64,000 nt of DNA from Gemmatimonadota bacterium. Its GTDB lineage: Bacteria > Gemmatimonadota > Gemmatimonadetes > Longimicrobiales > Longimicrobiaceae. The position numbers and the translations under genes were made by a program. The notes beneath the pieces were generated by a model. It was given only the letters and a program-made list of their open reading frames with translations, ran no database searches and was not told the DNA's origin. The stretch spans positions 10,412 through 74,411 of the forward strand of contig SKRI01000097.1 of assembly GCA_007118565.1 (NCBI GenBank). Reading direction: 5' to 3'. Shown here in pieces: positions 44,923-54,628 of this stretch (positions within the stretch are counted from its first letter, which is position 1; the number at the start of each line of letters is the position of its first letter).

Positions 44923-45696
44923 TCAGGACGCGGCGACGCGACCGAAGCGCCGCTCCCGCCGCTGGTACTCGAGGATGGCTTCGAAAAGATCCTTTCTCGT
45001 GAAGTCCGGCCAGAGGACCGGCGTCGTGTGGAGCTCCGTATAGGCGAGCTGCCAGAGCATGAAGTTGGAGATGCGGTGCTCGCCGGAGGTACGGATCAGG
45101 AGGTCGGGGTCCGGATCCTTGGCAGTGAAGAGCTCGGCGGCGAACGTCTCCTCGTCGATCTCCGCCGGAAGGAGGGTGCCCCGCTGGACCCGGTCGGCCA
45201 GGGCGCGGGCGGCCGACACGATCTCGTCTCGCGCGCCGTAGCTGATGGCGAGGTTGAGGCGGAGCCCGGTCCCGCCGCGGGTGTGCTCGACGATGTCGCG
45301 CACCGCTGCCCGCGTCATCCGGCCCAGACGAGCCGTGTCGCCGATCACCCGGACCTCGACCCCCTTCTCCTTCAGCTCCTTCCGCTCACGGCGGACATAC
45401 GTCTCGAGAAGGGACATGAGCGCCTTCACCTCGCCAGGTGGCCGGTGCCAGTTCTCCTTGGAGAAGGCGAAGAGAGTGAGCACCTCGATGCCGACCTCGC
45501 CCGCGCCTTCGACCGCCTCACGCACCGCCTGCATTCCCGCCCGGTGACCGTGCTCCCGAGGCTTGCCGCGCTCCTTGGCCCACCGACCATTGCCATCCAT
45601 GATGATGGCTACATGGCGGGGCACGTCGCCGTCGATGCGGATCCGGGCCTGAAGGTCAGCTGACATAGCGGGCGGTGCCTGGGGGTGAGCGTCCAA
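44923..45696 (-). CDS. uppS: di-trans,poly-cis-undecaprenyl-diphosphate synthase
   Basis: HVAIIMDGNGRWA, LTLFAFSKENW and RTSGEHRISNFMLWQ. The start could instead be the ATG at 45666. Confidence 0.95.
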   Translation of the reverse strand: MDAHPQAPPAMSADLQARIRIDGDVPRHVAIIMDGNGRWAKERGKPREHGHRAGMQAVREAVEGAGEVGIEVLTLFAFSKENWHRPPGEVKALMSLLETYVRRERKELKEKGVEVRVIGDTARLGRMTRAAVRDIVEHTRGGTGLRLNLAISYGARDEIVSAARALADRVQRGTLLPAEIDEETFAAELFTAKDPDPDLLIRTSGEHRISNFMLWQLAYTELHTTPVLWPDFTRKDLFEAILEYQRRERRFGRVAAS

Positions 45697-45750
45697 TGAA
45701 AGGTAATTGGGTTCGACGGTGGCGGCGAGCCGCCGCCCGCGACCCCGGCA

Positions 45751-46302
45751 TCAGACCTCCATCACGTCCGCTTCCTTGGCGGCGAGCAGGGCATCTACCT
45801 TCTGGACGTACTCGTCCGTCATCTTCTGGATCCCCTCCTGCTGCCGGCGGGCGTCGTCCTCGGAGAGTTCCCCTTCCTTCTCCGACTCCTTCACGCCCGT
45901 GTTGGCCTCCTTCCGGGCATGGCGGATCGAAACGCGCGCCTCTTCGGCCATCTTGTGCAGCACCTTCACGTACTCCTTGCGGCGCTCCTCGGTTAACGGC
46001 GGAACCGGGATCCGGATCAGGTTTCCGTCGTTCGACGGGTTGAGCCCGAGGTCGGCCGTCTGGATCGCGCGCTCGATGTCGGAGAGAAGGCCTTTGTCCC
46101 ACGGCTGGACCGTGAGGAGGCGCGCCTCGGGAACACCGACCGTCGCCACCTGGTTGAGCGGCATCTTCGACCCGTAGGCCTCGACCTTGACGGTATCGAG
46201 GAGCCCGGGCGATGCCTTGCCCGTGCGGACGGTGGAGAAGTCGCGCCGAAGCGCTTCCAGCGCCTGCTCCATCTTCTGCCGTGCGGACTCCGGTTGGCTC
46301 AT
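45751..46302 (-). CDS. frr: ribosome recycling factor
   Basis: LRRDFSTVRTGKASPGLLD...IRIPVPPLTEERRKE. The start was trimmed to the ATG at 46302. Confidence 0.95.
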   Translation of the reverse strand: MSQPESARQKMEQALEALRRDFSTVRTGKASPGLLDTVKVEAYGSKMPLNQVATVGVPEARLLTVQPWDKGLLSDIERAIQTADLGLNPSNDGNLIRIPVPPLTEERRKEYVKVLHKMAEEARVSIRHARKEANTGVKESEKEGELSEDDARRQQEGIQKMTDEYVQKVDALLAAKEADVMEV

Positions 46303-46322
46303 CTCAGTTCTCCACCGATCGA

Positions 46323-47075
46323 TCAGGGGTGCACGAGGGTTCCGACAGACTCGCCGCAGAGGGCCTGCTCCACAGTTCCCTCTCCGTCGAGGCCCAGCAC
46401 TATAATGGGGATGCCGTTGTCCCGGCAAAGGGAGATGGCGGCTACGTCCATGACGCGCAGGTTCCGCGCGATCACGTCCGAGAGCGAGATCCGGGGAATG
46501 AACTCGGCCGACGGATCGGTCTCGGGGTCGGCGGTGAAAACGCCGTCCACCTTGGTCGCCTTGATGATGACATCCGCGTCGATCTCCAGCCCCCGGAGAA
46601 CTGCGGCACTGTCCGTGGAGAAGTATGGGTTGCCGGTTCCACCCGCGAAGATCACCACCCTTCCCTTCTCGAGGTGCCGGATGGCACGGCGACGGATGTA
46701 GGGCTCCGCCACCTGCTCCATCCGCACCGCGGTGAGGACGCGCGTCTCCACCTTCCGGTGCTCGAGCGAATCCTGGAGGGCGAGGGCGTTGATCACGGTG
46801 GCGAGCATCCCCATGTGATCCGCGGAGACACGATCCATGCCGCGCGCGCTGGCCTGAACCCCTCGGACGATGTTGCCGCCTCCGATGACGACGCCGAGGG
46901 AGACACCGGCCTCGACGAGGGATTCGATCTCTTCCGCGAGCCGCTCCACCACCGCCGGCTCGATCCCGAAGCCGTTGCCGCCCGCCAGCTGCTCCCCCGA
47001 AAGCTTGAGGAGCGCCCGCTTGTACTTAAGCTCCCGGCGACCGCTCGTCACGGCTGCGTTACCCGCTCCCGTCAT
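46323..47075 (-). CDS. pyrH: UMP kinase
   Basis: [24 protein letters not shown] and [13 protein letters not shown]. The ATG at 47075 overlaps the tsf stop (ATGA). Confidence 0.95.
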   Translation of the reverse strand: MTGAGNAAVTSGRRELKYKRALLKLSGEQLAGGNGFGIEPAVVERLAEEIESLVEAGVSLGVVIGGGNIVRGVQASARGMDRVSADHMGMLATVINALALQDSLEHRKVETRVLTAVRMEQVAEPYIRRRAIRHLEKGRVVIFAGGTGNPYFSTDSAAVLRGLEIDADVIIKATKVDGVFTADPETDPSAEFIPRISLSDVIARNLRVMDVAAISLCRDNGIPIIVLGLDGEGTVEQALCGESVGTLVHP

Positions 47076-47668
47076 TCGCCGATCTCGAAGCGTGCAAAGC
47101 GGGCCACCTCGATCTTCTCGCCGGTTCCGGCCGAGACCTCCGTGATGAGCTCTTCGATGGTCTGATCCGGATTCTTCACGAACGGCTGACCCATGAGGGT
47201 GTTCTCGGCGAAGAACTTGTTCATCTTCCCCGTGATGATCTGATCCCAGATCTTCTCCGGCTTTCCGGACTCCCGGAGCTGCTCCTCGTAGACGGTGCGC
47301 TCGCGCGCCACGACGTCCTCCGACAGGTCCTCGCTCCGAACCGCCGCGGGATTGGCGGCGGCGATGTGCATGGCCAAATCCCGGACAAGCCCCTGGAAGG
47401 CATCGGTCTTGGCCACGAAGTCCGTCTCGCAGTTCACCTCGACGAGCACGCCGATCTTTCCGCCCATGTGGATGTAACTGCCGACCACCCCCTCGCTCGC
47501 CTCCTTCCCTGCACGCTTCGCTGCCTTGGCGGCACCCTTGGCGCGCAGGAGGTCGATGGCCGCCTCCATGTCCCCATTCGTCTCGGAGAGCGCGCTCTTG
47601 CACTCCATCATCCCCGCACCGGTCCGGTCGCGGAGCTCCTTCACATCCTTCGCAGAAATGCTAGCCAT
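47072..47668 (-). CDS. tsf: translation elongation factor Ts (short form)
   Basis: [27 protein letters not shown]-like N-terminus and [14 protein letters not shown]. About 198 aa. Confidence 0.95.
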   Translation of the reverse strand: MASISAKDVKELRDRTGAGMMECKSALSETNGDMEAAIDLLRAKGAAKAAKRAGKEASEGVVGSYIHMGGKIGVLVEVNCETDFVAKTDAFQGLVRDLAMHIAAANPAAVRSEDLSEDVVARERTVYEEQLRESGKPEKIWDQIITGKMNKFFAENTLMGQPFVKNPDQTIEELITEVSAGTGEKIEVARFARFEIGE

Positions 47669-47753
47669 GGTCGTCTCTATCCCCACCGGGTGAACTGTCT
47701 CTGAATCAAACGATCAACTACTCGTCGGCAGCCGGAACCGCCGGACACCGAAC

Positions 47754-47784
47754 GGGGCCACGGGAAGGAACTTCCTGTGGCCCC
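47754..47784 (-). terminator. 14-bp hairpin in the rpsB-tsf intergenic region (possible attenuator)
   Basis: GGGGCCACGGGAAG-GAA-CTTCCTGTGGCCCC with one G-U pair. Only a weak U-tract follows it on the minus strand. Confidence 0.4.
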
Positions 47785-47815
47785 GCTCCGCCGACATCAC
47801 CGCGCGACGGGTGCC

Positions 47816-48679
47816 CTACTCCTCGTCGTCGCCACTACTACGAATGCTGGCGATGACCTCCGGCTTCGGCCGGCGCTTGCGGCGCGGCCTGCGAGAGGGC
47901 TTGTTCCGCTCGTCATCCGCGGAGGCGGACTCTCCGGTCTCCGTGGAGTAGGTGGTCGCCTCCGCCTCCTCCGCACGGCGGCGCTCTTCCTCCGGCAGCG
48001 CTGCTCGTGCCTCGATGATCGCGTCGGCGATCGCGCCGGTGAGCACGCTGACGGAACGGATGGCATCGTCGTTACCCGCGATCGGGACGGTCAGCAGGTC
48101 CGGATCGGTGTTCGTGTCGGCGATGGCGATGACCGGAATGCCGAGCTTGTTCGCCTCGCGCACCGCGATGCGCTCCTTCTTGGCGTCGACCACGAAGAGG
48201 GCGCCCGGCAGGCGGGACATGTCCTTCACCCCGGCCAGGTACTTGTCGAGGCGCTCGCGCTCGCGGCTGAACATGAGCTGCTCCTTCTTCGTGTAGAACT
48301 CGTACGCACCCTCTTCCTCCCCGCGCTCCAGCTCTCGCAGGCGGCGGATCTGCTTCTTGATGGTCACGAAGTTCGTGAGCATCCCGCCGAGCCAGCGCTC
48401 GGTCACGTGGAAGGAGGAGGAGCGCTCCGCCTCGCTGCGGATGATGCCGCGAAGCTGGTTCTTGGTGCACACGAAGAGGATGCGCTCACCACGTGACACC
48501 ACGTGACGGGCAAGCTCCTGCGCCAGCTCCAGCTGACGGAGGGTCTTCTTTAGATCGATGATGTGGATGCCGCCGCGCTCCGCGAAGATGAACTTGCGCA
48601 TCTTCGGGTTCCAACGGCTCTTCTGGTGTCCGAAGTGGACGCCGGCCTCGAGGAGGTCCTGGATCTGCGGTTCCGCCAT
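47816..48679 (-). CDS. rpsB: 30S ribosomal protein S2, with charged C-terminal extension
   Basis: [48 protein letters not shown]. Confidence 0.97.
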   Translation of the reverse strand: MAEPQIQDLLEAGVHFGHQKSRWNPKMRKFIFAERGGIHIIDLKKTLRQLELAQELARHVVSRGERILFVCTKNQLRGIIRSEAERSSSFHVTERWLGGMLTNFVTIKKQIRRLRELERGEEEGAYEFYTKKEQLMFSRERERLDKYLAGVKDMSRLPGALFVVDAKKERIAVREANKLGIPVIAIADTNTDPDLLTVPIAGNDDAIRSVSVLTGAIADAIIEARAALPEEERRRAEEAEATTYSTETGESASADDERNKPSRRPRRKRRPKPEVIASIRSSGDDEE

Positions 48680-48803
48680 GGTATGGTTGAAATTGGGTTG
48701 GATCGTCCACCTCCGTCACCCGCCACGCTCGACCGATCCATGATCGGCACCCCGCGCGACGTCGGGAAGGTGTGAAAGTTTCTGCTGCAACTGCCTGCCA
48801 GTA

Positions 48804-48838
48804 GTCGCGGGGGCGGCTCGAGGCCGGCTCCCCGCGAC
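48804..48838 (-). terminator. 9-bp GC hairpin after rpsI (no U-tract)
   Basis: GTCGCGGGG-N17-CCCCGCGAC begins 12 nt after the rpsI stop on the minus strand. Confidence 0.3.
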
Positions 48839-48849
48839 CGGCTGTGCTG

Positions 48850-49242
48850 CTAGCGCTTGGAGAACTGGAAGCGCTTGCGAGCCTTCGGACGGCCCGGCTT
48901 CTTCCGCTCCACCTCACGCGGATCACGGGTCATCAGACCCTCCGCCCGGAGCGGGCGGCGGTGATCCTCATCCTTGTTGACCAGCGCGCGGGCGATTCCG
49001 AGCTGCACGGCCTCGGCCTGCCCACGCATTCCGCCACCATTGACGTTGATCTTGACGTCGAAGGCGCCCTCGGTGTCCGTAGCGCGCAGCGGCTGGATGA
49101 TTGCCTGTCGGAGGACCGCGCGAGGAAAGTAGTCCTCGAGCGTCTTCCCGTTCACCGTCCACTGGCCGTTCCCGGGCCGGAGGTAGATACGAGCGACCGA
49201 GGTCTTGCGCCGCCCCACGGCGTGGTACTGTTCGATTGCCAT
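48850..49242 (-). CDS. rpsI: 30S ribosomal protein S9
   Basis: YHAVGRRKTSVARIYL...GGGMRGQAEAVQLGIARAL...KARKRFQFSKR. The start was trimmed to the ATG at 49242. Confidence 0.96.
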   Translation of the reverse strand: MAIEQYHAVGRRKTSVARIYLRPGNGQWTVNGKTLEDYFPRAVLRQAIIQPLRATDTEGAFDVKINVNGGGMRGQAEAVQLGIARALVNKDEDHRRPLRAEGLMTRDPREVERKKPGRPKARKRFQFSKR

Positions 49243-49270
49243 AATTCCGATTGTGAGGTCCCGACGGCCG

Positions 49271-49699
49271 TCAGAAGGTGAGCGGTTCAGGCTGCTGCGC
49301 GGTATGCGGGTGATCCGTACCCGGATACACCTTGAGCTTGCTGCGCATCTGACGTCCCAGCGCATTCTTCGGAAGCATCCCCTTCACCGCGAGCTCCACC
49401 ACCCGCTCCGGGTGCGTCTCGAGCATCCGGCGGTAGGGGATGTGCTTCTCCCCCCCCATGTAGCCCGAATGACGGAAGTAGGTCTTCTGATCCGCCTTGC
49501 GGCCGGTAAGCCTGACCTTCTCCGCGTTGATCACCACGACATGGTCGCCGGTGTCAAGATGGGGAGTGTAGGTGGGCTTGTGCTTGCCGCGCAGGATGCG
49601 GGCGATCTCGCTGGCGATGCGGCCGAGGACCTGATCCTCGGCGTCGACCACGAACCAGCGGCGCTCGATCTCGCCGGCCTTTACGGAGTACGTCTTCAT
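49271..49699 (-). CDS. rplM: 50S ribosomal protein L13
   Basis: [49 protein letters not shown]. The start was trimmed to the ATG at 49699. Confidence 0.96.
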   Translation of the reverse strand: MKTYSVKAGEIERRWFVVDAEDQVLGRIASEIARILRGKHKPTYTPHLDTGDHVVVINAEKVRLTGRKADQKTYFRHSGYMGGEKHIPYRRMLETHPERVVELAVKGMLPKNALGRQMRSKLKVYPGTDHPHTAQQPEPLTF

Positions 49700-49745
49700 C
49701 AAGCTTCCCAATGACGGCGCAGGATCCGGCACGCGGCCGGACCAC

Positions 49746-49788
49746 GAACAACGAAAACGCTCTCCTGGGACGCACCCGCGGAAAGCGT
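49746..49788 (-). promoter_or_regulatory. rplM 5'-leader hairpin + U-rich tract (candidate attenuator / r-protein leader)
   Basis: On the minus strand: ACGCUUUCC-N14-GGAGAGCGU (9 bp including one G-U pair) followed by UUUCGUUGUUCG. It lies between the candidate promoter and the rplM ATG. Confidence 0.4.
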
Positions 49789-49805
49789 GAGCAGAACAGA
49801 CCGCA

Positions 49806-49834
49806 ACAATAGGTGCACGAGCACCCCGTGTCAA
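49806..49834 (-). promoter_or_regulatory. candidate rplM-rpsI promoter (TTGACA-N17-TATTGT)
   Basis: Perfect -35 hexamer, 17-nt spacer and a good -10, read on the minus strand 13 nt after the lepB stop and ~107 nt upstream of the rplM ATG. Confidence 0.55.
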
Positions 49835-49846
49835 GGGATCGGACCG

Positions 49847-50602
49847 TCAGCGAATGGCGTCGCCGATGCGGCTCCACCGGACCGAGGTGAGCCAAGAAAA
49901 GGGGTTGTGGAGGTTTCGCTCAAACGAGTAGTAGACGAAGAGCGGGCGGCCGCGGATCGCCTCCCCCTCCAGGAATCCCCAGTGTCGGGAGTCCTCAGAG
50001 TTGTCACGGTTGTCGCCGAGCGCGAAGTACCGTTCCTCGGGGACCACAAGGGGCCCCCAGTTATCGCGGGTGGGCCGATACCGGTCCATGCCGGCGGCCG
50101 CGCCCGCGAGGTACCTCCGCTGCCACTGCATCCGCTGATCCCCGGGATCGGTGATCGGATCTATCCGGCGCGCGTACGGCTCCTCCTGCGGCTGGCCGTT
50201 CAGGTAGAGAATCTTGTCACGCATCTCGAGGGTGTCCCCCGGAATCCCCACGACGCGCTTCACGTAGCTCTTACCCTCCTCGTGCGGGGGAAGGAAGACC
50301 ACCACCTCCCCGCGGACCGGCTGAGCATACCCCGGAAGCCGGTTCTCGGAGAAGGGGATATCGGCCCCGTAGGCGAGCTTGTTGACGAGGAGGAAATCCC
50401 CGGCCAGGAGCGTACCCTCCATCGATCCCGTCGGAATCTTGAAGGCCTCGACCAGGAAGCTCCGGATGACTAGAAAGAGGAGGACCGCAATGAGGAGAGA
50501 CTTCGTCCACTCCCAGACCCAGTAGGTGAGCGACGGCCCCTCCCGCCGGGGCGCGGCAGGGGCATCAGCACGTCCCTCGAATGTCGATTCGGGCGTTTCC
50601 AT
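49847..50602 (-). CDS. lepB: signal peptidase I
   Basis: IPTGSMEGTLLAGDFLLVNK (catalytic Ser), YVKRVVGIPGD (Lys box) and ALGDNRDNSEDSRHWG. Confidence 0.95.
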   Translation of the reverse strand: METPESTFEGRADAPAAPRREGPSLTYWVWEWTKSLLIAVLLFLVIRSFLVEAFKIPTGSMEGTLLAGDFLLVNKLAYGADIPFSENRLPGYAQPVRGEVVVFLPPHEEGKSYVKRVVGIPGDTLEMRDKILYLNGQPQEEPYARRIDPITDPGDQRMQWQRRYLAGAAAGMDRYRPTRDNWGPLVVPEERYFALGDNRDNSEDSRHWGFLEGEAIRGRPLFVYYSFERNLHNPFSWLTSVRWSRIGDAIR

Positions 50603-50610
50603 GGCACCGC

Positions 50611-50639
50611 AAACGAACGTAGTCAGCTCAACTGACTAC
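50611..50639 (-). terminator. 8-bp hairpin (GTAGTCAG-N5-CTGACTAC) + GUUCGUUU after the aldehyde dehydrogenase gene
   Basis: Perfect inverted repeat read directly from the sequence. It ends ~16 nt upstream of the lepB ATG. Confidence 0.4.
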
Positions 50640-50698
50640 ACTTTCCGTTCCAGCGGCGTTCCCCCTCCCTGCCCGTCCTCTCCCGTTTCCGATGCGCC

Positions 50699-52180
50699 TC
50701 AGTAGTTGTCGATCTGCGCACGCTGCAGAGCCCCGGAGTAGTCGAGGTAGCAGACCTTCGTCTCGGAGTAGAACTCATAGACCTCCCACCCACCCTCGCG
50801 GTGGCCGTTCCCCGTCTCCTTGACGCCGCCGAAGGGTAGGTGCGCCTCCGCGCCGATGGTGGGAGCGTTGACGTAGGTGATCCCGTTGTCGAGCTCCTGG
50901 AGCGCCCGGAAGGAGGTCTGGACGTCGCGCGTGTACACGGCGCTGGAGAGGCCGTACCGGACCTCGTTGTTGACGCGGATCGCCTCGTCGAAATCAGCGA
51001 CTTTGATCACCGAGAGGACGGGGCCGAAGATCTCCTCAGTGGCCAGCCGGGAGCCGGGCTTCACATCGGCGAAAATGGTCGGCTGGAAGAAGTAGCCGCC
51101 GGCGAGCCCGTTCCCCTTGGGACGCTCCCCTCCGGTAACGAGAGTTGCCTCGTCCGAACCGACCTTCATGTACCGATCGACCTTCTCCGCGGCCGCCGAA
51201 TTGATGAGCGGTCCCACGTCCGTTTCCTCGATCAGCCCGTCCCCGAGCACCAGCTTCTCCGCCCGCTCTACCAGCCGGTCCACGAAATCGTCGTGGATGT
51301 CCTCGTGCAGGATGAGGCGGGAGGTGGCGGTGCACCGCTGTCCGGTCGTCCCGAAAGCACCCCAGAGGACGCCGTCGAGTGCCAGGTCCAGGTCCCCGTC
51401 CGGCATGACGATCTGGGCATTCTTCCCGCCCATCTCCAGAGAGAGGCGCTTGTGCTGCTCCCCGCAGATGCGTCCGATCTCCCGGCCGGTCTCGGTGGAG
51501 CCGGTGAAGGAGATGACCGGAATTTCGGGGTGCCGGACCATGGCGGAGCCTACCTCGTCACCCAGGCCGTGCACCAGATTCACCACCCCCGCTGGGACCC
51601 CCGCCTCCTCCAGGATCTCCACGAGCAGCGAGGCGGTGTGCGGAACGTCCTCCCCCGGCTTGAAGATGACGCTGTTACCGCAGACGAGCGCCGGGAACAT
51701 CTTCCACGTCGGGATGGCCATCGGGAAGTTGAAAGGGGTGATGAGGCCCGTGATCCCGATCGGCCGGCGGTAGCTCATCGCCCACTTGTTCCGCAGCTCC
51801 GAGGGGACGGTGTGGCCGAAGAGGCGACGGCCCTCGGTGGCCGCGTAGTAGGCGGTGTCGATCCCCTCCTGGACGTCACCGCGGGTCTCGAGGAGCACCT
51901 TCCCCATCTCCCGCGTCGCCACCCGGGAGATCTCCTCCTTCCGCTCCGACATGAGGTCGCCCACGCGGCGGAGCACGTCTCCCCGTTCCGGGGCGGGGGT
52001 CCTGCGCCACCGCTCGAAACCGTCCCGCGCGGCCCGGACCGCCTCCTTCACATCCTCCGCTCCCGAGCGCGGCCACTCGCCAATCACCTCGGCGAACTTC
52101 GCGGGGTTGCGGTTCTCGAAGTAGTTCCCTGTCCGGGGCTCGACCCACTCTCCCCCGATGAAGTTCCTGTACTGCATCAT
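50699..52180 (-). CDS. NAD(P)-dependent aldehyde dehydrogenase family protein
   Basis: 493 aa with FIGGEW, FTGSTETGR, LEMGGKN and GQRCTA (catalytic Cys). Substrate is not assignable by eye. Confidence 0.9.
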   Translation of the reverse strand: MMQYRNFIGGEWVEPRTGNYFENRNPAKFAEVIGEWPRSGAEDVKEAVRAARDGFERWRRTPAPERGDVLRRVGDLMSERKEEISRVATREMGKVLLETRGDVQEGIDTAYYAATEGRRLFGHTVPSELRNKWAMSYRRPIGITGLITPFNFPMAIPTWKMFPALVCGNSVIFKPGEDVPHTASLLVEILEEAGVPAGVVNLVHGLGDEVGSAMVRHPEIPVISFTGSTETGREIGRICGEQHKRLSLEMGGKNAQIVMPDGDLDLALDGVLWGAFGTTGQRCTATSRLILHEDIHDDFVDRLVERAEKLVLGDGLIEETDVGPLINSAAAEKVDRYMKVGSDEATLVTGGERPKGNGLAGGYFFQPTIFADVKPGSRLATEEIFGPVLSVIKVADFDEAIRVNNEVRYGLSSAVYTRDVQTSFRALQELDNGITYVNAPTIGAEAHLPFGGVKETGNGHREGGWEVYEFYSETKVCYLDYSGALQRAQIDNY

Positions 52181-52268
52181 TGGCTCTCCGGCGTCCGGTC
52201 TTGTGAGGCTCGGTGACGAGGCGCCAATCTAGCGGCCTCCGGGCGGCTCGCAAACCATTGCGGAGGGC

Positions 52269-52415
52269 TCAGAGGAGGCCGAGCAGGAGGATGGCGAGAA
52301 CGGCGAAGGAGGCCACCACCGTCCAGAACGCCCACAGCTTGTAGAAGGAGAGGGAGGGATACGCCCGCCGCTGGATCCAGGCGATGACGGCGGCCGATCC
52401 GAAGGAGGCGATCAT
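52269..52415 (-). CDS. possible 48-aa two-TM membrane peptide
   Basis: The distal part of ORF 52269..52682 reads MIASFGSAAVIAWIQRRAYPSLSFYKLWAFWTVVASFAVLAILLLGLL, with very high GC3. The upstream part of that ORF overlaps the activator gene out of frame. The start may be ATG 52415 or GTG 52430, and no clear SD was seen. Confidence 0.35.
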   Translation of the reverse strand: MIASFGSAAVIAWIQRRAYPSLSFYKLWAFWTVVASFAVLAILLLGLL

Positions 52416-52512
52416 CCAGACCGCGGCCACAGCGAGCCACTCGAGGCGCCCTGCCTCGGCGAGCTGAGCCAGCGAGATGGGCCAGGAAGCCGGGAGGTGA
52501 CGAACGAGAACC

Positions 52513-53877
52513 TCAGTCCTCCCGCACCAGGTCGTACTTCTCGATCTTCTTGTACAGGTTCGAGCGCGGCATATCCACCGAGCGAGCCGTCTCGGAGACG
52601 TTCCAGTCGTTCTCGCGAAGCTTGTGGAGGATGAAGGCGCGCTCCGCCGTGTCCTTGAAGTCCGCGAAGGTCTCGCAGCCAAGGAGGTTCCCTGAGAGCC
52701 CGCCGGCTGCGTGGCCGTCTCCCCGGACGAGCGTGACCACGTCCCCGGCGTCCACCTTTTCCCCGGAGGCGAGGATCATGAGCCGCTCCACGGCATTCTT
52801 CAGCTCGCGCACGTTCCCCGACCAGTCCATCTCCTGGAGCGCCTCCAGCGCCTCGTCGGTGAATCGCTTCGGCTGGAGGCCGGACTCGGCGAGGACCTGG
52901 TCGCGAAAGTGACGCGCCAGCATGGGAATGTCCTCCCGCCGTTCGCGCAGGGTGGGGACGTGGATGGGGATGGTGTTGAGCCGGTGCAGGAGGTCCTCCC
53001 GGAAGCGGCCGTCCTCGATCTCCCGCTCCAGCTCCTTGTTGGTGGCCGCGATGACGCGGACGTTCACCTTAAGGGTGCGCGAGCCGCCGACGCGGGTGAC
53101 CAGTCCCTCCTGGAGCACCCGCAGCACCTTGGCCTGCGCGGCAAGGCTCATGTCTCCCACCTCGTCGAGGAAGAGGGTGCCGCCGTCGGCCAGCTCGAAC
53201 TTCCCGGCCCGATCCTCGTGAGCACCGGTGAAGGCCCCCTTCATGTGGCCGAAGAGCTCGGACTCGATCAGCTCGGACGGGATGGCGGCACAGTTCACCT
53301 CGACGAATGCGCGGTCCGCGCGCTGCGAGAGGCGATGGATCGCGCGCGCCACCAGCTCTTTACCGGTGCCGTTCTCCCCGGTGATGAGGACGCGGGCATC
53401 GGTCGGCCCCACCCGCTCGATCCGCTCGAGGAGCTGGCGGATAGCGAAGCTCGACCCGACGATCTCGTGCCTGCTCTCCACCTCCCCGCGAAGCCGCGCG
53501 TTCTCGGTCCGGAGCCCCCGATGCTCGAGCGCATTGCGCAGGAGCACTAAGATGCGGTCGGTGTCGAGAGGCTTCTCCAGGAAGTCGAAGGCGCCGCGGC
53601 GGGTGGCCTCCAGGGCGGTATCGATGGTCCCGTGCCCGCTGATCATGACGACGAGCGCCTCGGAATCCCGCTCACGGATCTCGGAGAGTGCCTCCAGCCC
53701 GTCCATCCGCGGCATCTTGACGTCGAGGAAGGTCAAGTCGGGAGCGAACTCCTCGTGGATCTCCAGCCCCTCGTCGGCTGCGGGCGCGGTCCTTACGTCG
53801 TGCCCCTCGTACTCGATGAGCTGGGCGAGGATCGAGCGGATCCCGTCTTCATCGTCGATGATGAGAATGCGCGCCAT
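52513..53877 (-). CDS. sigma-54-dependent response regulator (NtrC/NtrX family)
   Basis: Receiver domain (ILIIDDE...[11 protein letters not shown]), AAA+ domain ([30 protein letters not shown]) and a C-terminal HTH. Confidence 0.93.
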   Translation of the reverse strand: MARILIIDDEDGIRSILAQLIEYEGHDVRTAPAADEGLEIHEEFAPDLTFLDVKMPRMDGLEALSEIRERDSEALVVMISGHGTIDTALEATRRGAFDFLEKPLDTDRILVLLRNALEHRGLRTENARLRGEVESRHEIVGSSFAIRQLLERIERVGPTDARVLITGENGTGKELVARAIHRLSQRADRAFVEVNCAAIPSELIESELFGHMKGAFTGAHEDRAGKFELADGGTLFLDEVGDMSLAAQAKVLRVLQEGLVTRVGGSRTLKVNVRVIAATNKELEREIEDGRFREDLLHRLNTIPIHVPTLRERREDIPMLARHFRDQVLAESGLQPKRFTDEALEALQEMDWSGNVRELKNAVERLMILASGEKVDAGDVVTLVRGDGHAAGGLSGNLLGCETFADFKDTAERAFILHKLRENDWNVSETARSVDMPRSNLYKKIEKYDLVRED

Positions 53878-53901
53878 GGTCGGCTGTTTCCGGGTACGAA
53901 T

Positions 53902-54525
53902 TCAGGGGGTGAGCACGAGGCGGCCCGCCTCCACCCGCGCGCTGCGCATGGGATGGGGGAGGGGCATCGCGACCGACGAAGGTCCGAGTCGCTCGTCGGC
54001 AGTCCTGCCGAGCTGGTCCAGGAGGGCCGGGTAGTACCGTGCGGGCACGGGGATGCGAGCGATCCGGATGCGCACCACGTCGAAGGCGGCGGAGCCGGCC
54101 TCGAGCGGTCCGAGGTGTCCCGCGATCTCGACCTGCGCCGTGTCGGGAAGGAGCCGCCGGATCCCGTCCAGCTCCGAAGTGGCCGGAAGGTGCTCGGTGG
54201 GTACCGCCGCGTGCAGGAAGAGCGTGTCGCCGCCGATTCCCAGACCCGGACGACGGAACGCGGGCGGAATCCACCCGGAGAGCTGCGCATCGAAGAGGCT
54301 GGCCGCTTCCTCGGGCGTGAGACGAATCTCCTCGCCCTCCTCCAGCAGCAGCCGCAGCTTTTCATCCGCGGACTCCGCTGCCGTCGCGGACGACTGGGCG
54401 GTGGGTCCGTCGCTCCGGCCGAGGAACCGGGCGATGTCGGGCCGGAGGATGGTCGCCGCGATCGTTCCCACGCCGACCAGGAGCAGCAGCGCCACCAAGC
54501 AGCCCAGCACCGGACGCCTGGTCAT
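53902..54525 (-). CDS. membrane-anchored protein of unknown function
   Basis: 207 aa with N-terminal TM segment LGCLVALLLLVGVGTIAATIL. GGAGAAGGGG precedes the ATG. No recognised domain. It lies 24 nt upstream of the activator gene. Confidence 0.6.
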   Translation of the reverse strand: MTRRPVLGCLVALLLLVGVGTIAATILRPDIARFLGRSDGPTAQSSATAAESADEKLRLLLEEGEEIRLTPEEAASLFDAQLSGWIPPAFRRPGLGIGGDTLFLHAAVPTEHLPATSELDGIRRLLPDTAQVEIAGHLGPLEAGSAAFDVVRIRIARIPVPARYYPALLDQLGRTADERLGPSSVAMPLPHPMRSARVEAGRLVLTP

Positions 54526-54628
54526 CGGTCCCCTTCTCCGATGGGTACGGTCTCACCGTGCCGGCCCATTGCCCGGGCATCGACGGAGGGGGAATCCAGG
54601 GAGACGGGGTGGATCGGCGGGCGCAACA

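Noticed and set aside
52181-52268. TGGTTT-N5-CCGC upstream of the aldehyde dehydrogenase gene, which has correct GG/GC spacing.
   Set aside because: Only the GG and GC dinucleotides match the sigma54 consensus. In GC-rich DNA this is expected by chance.
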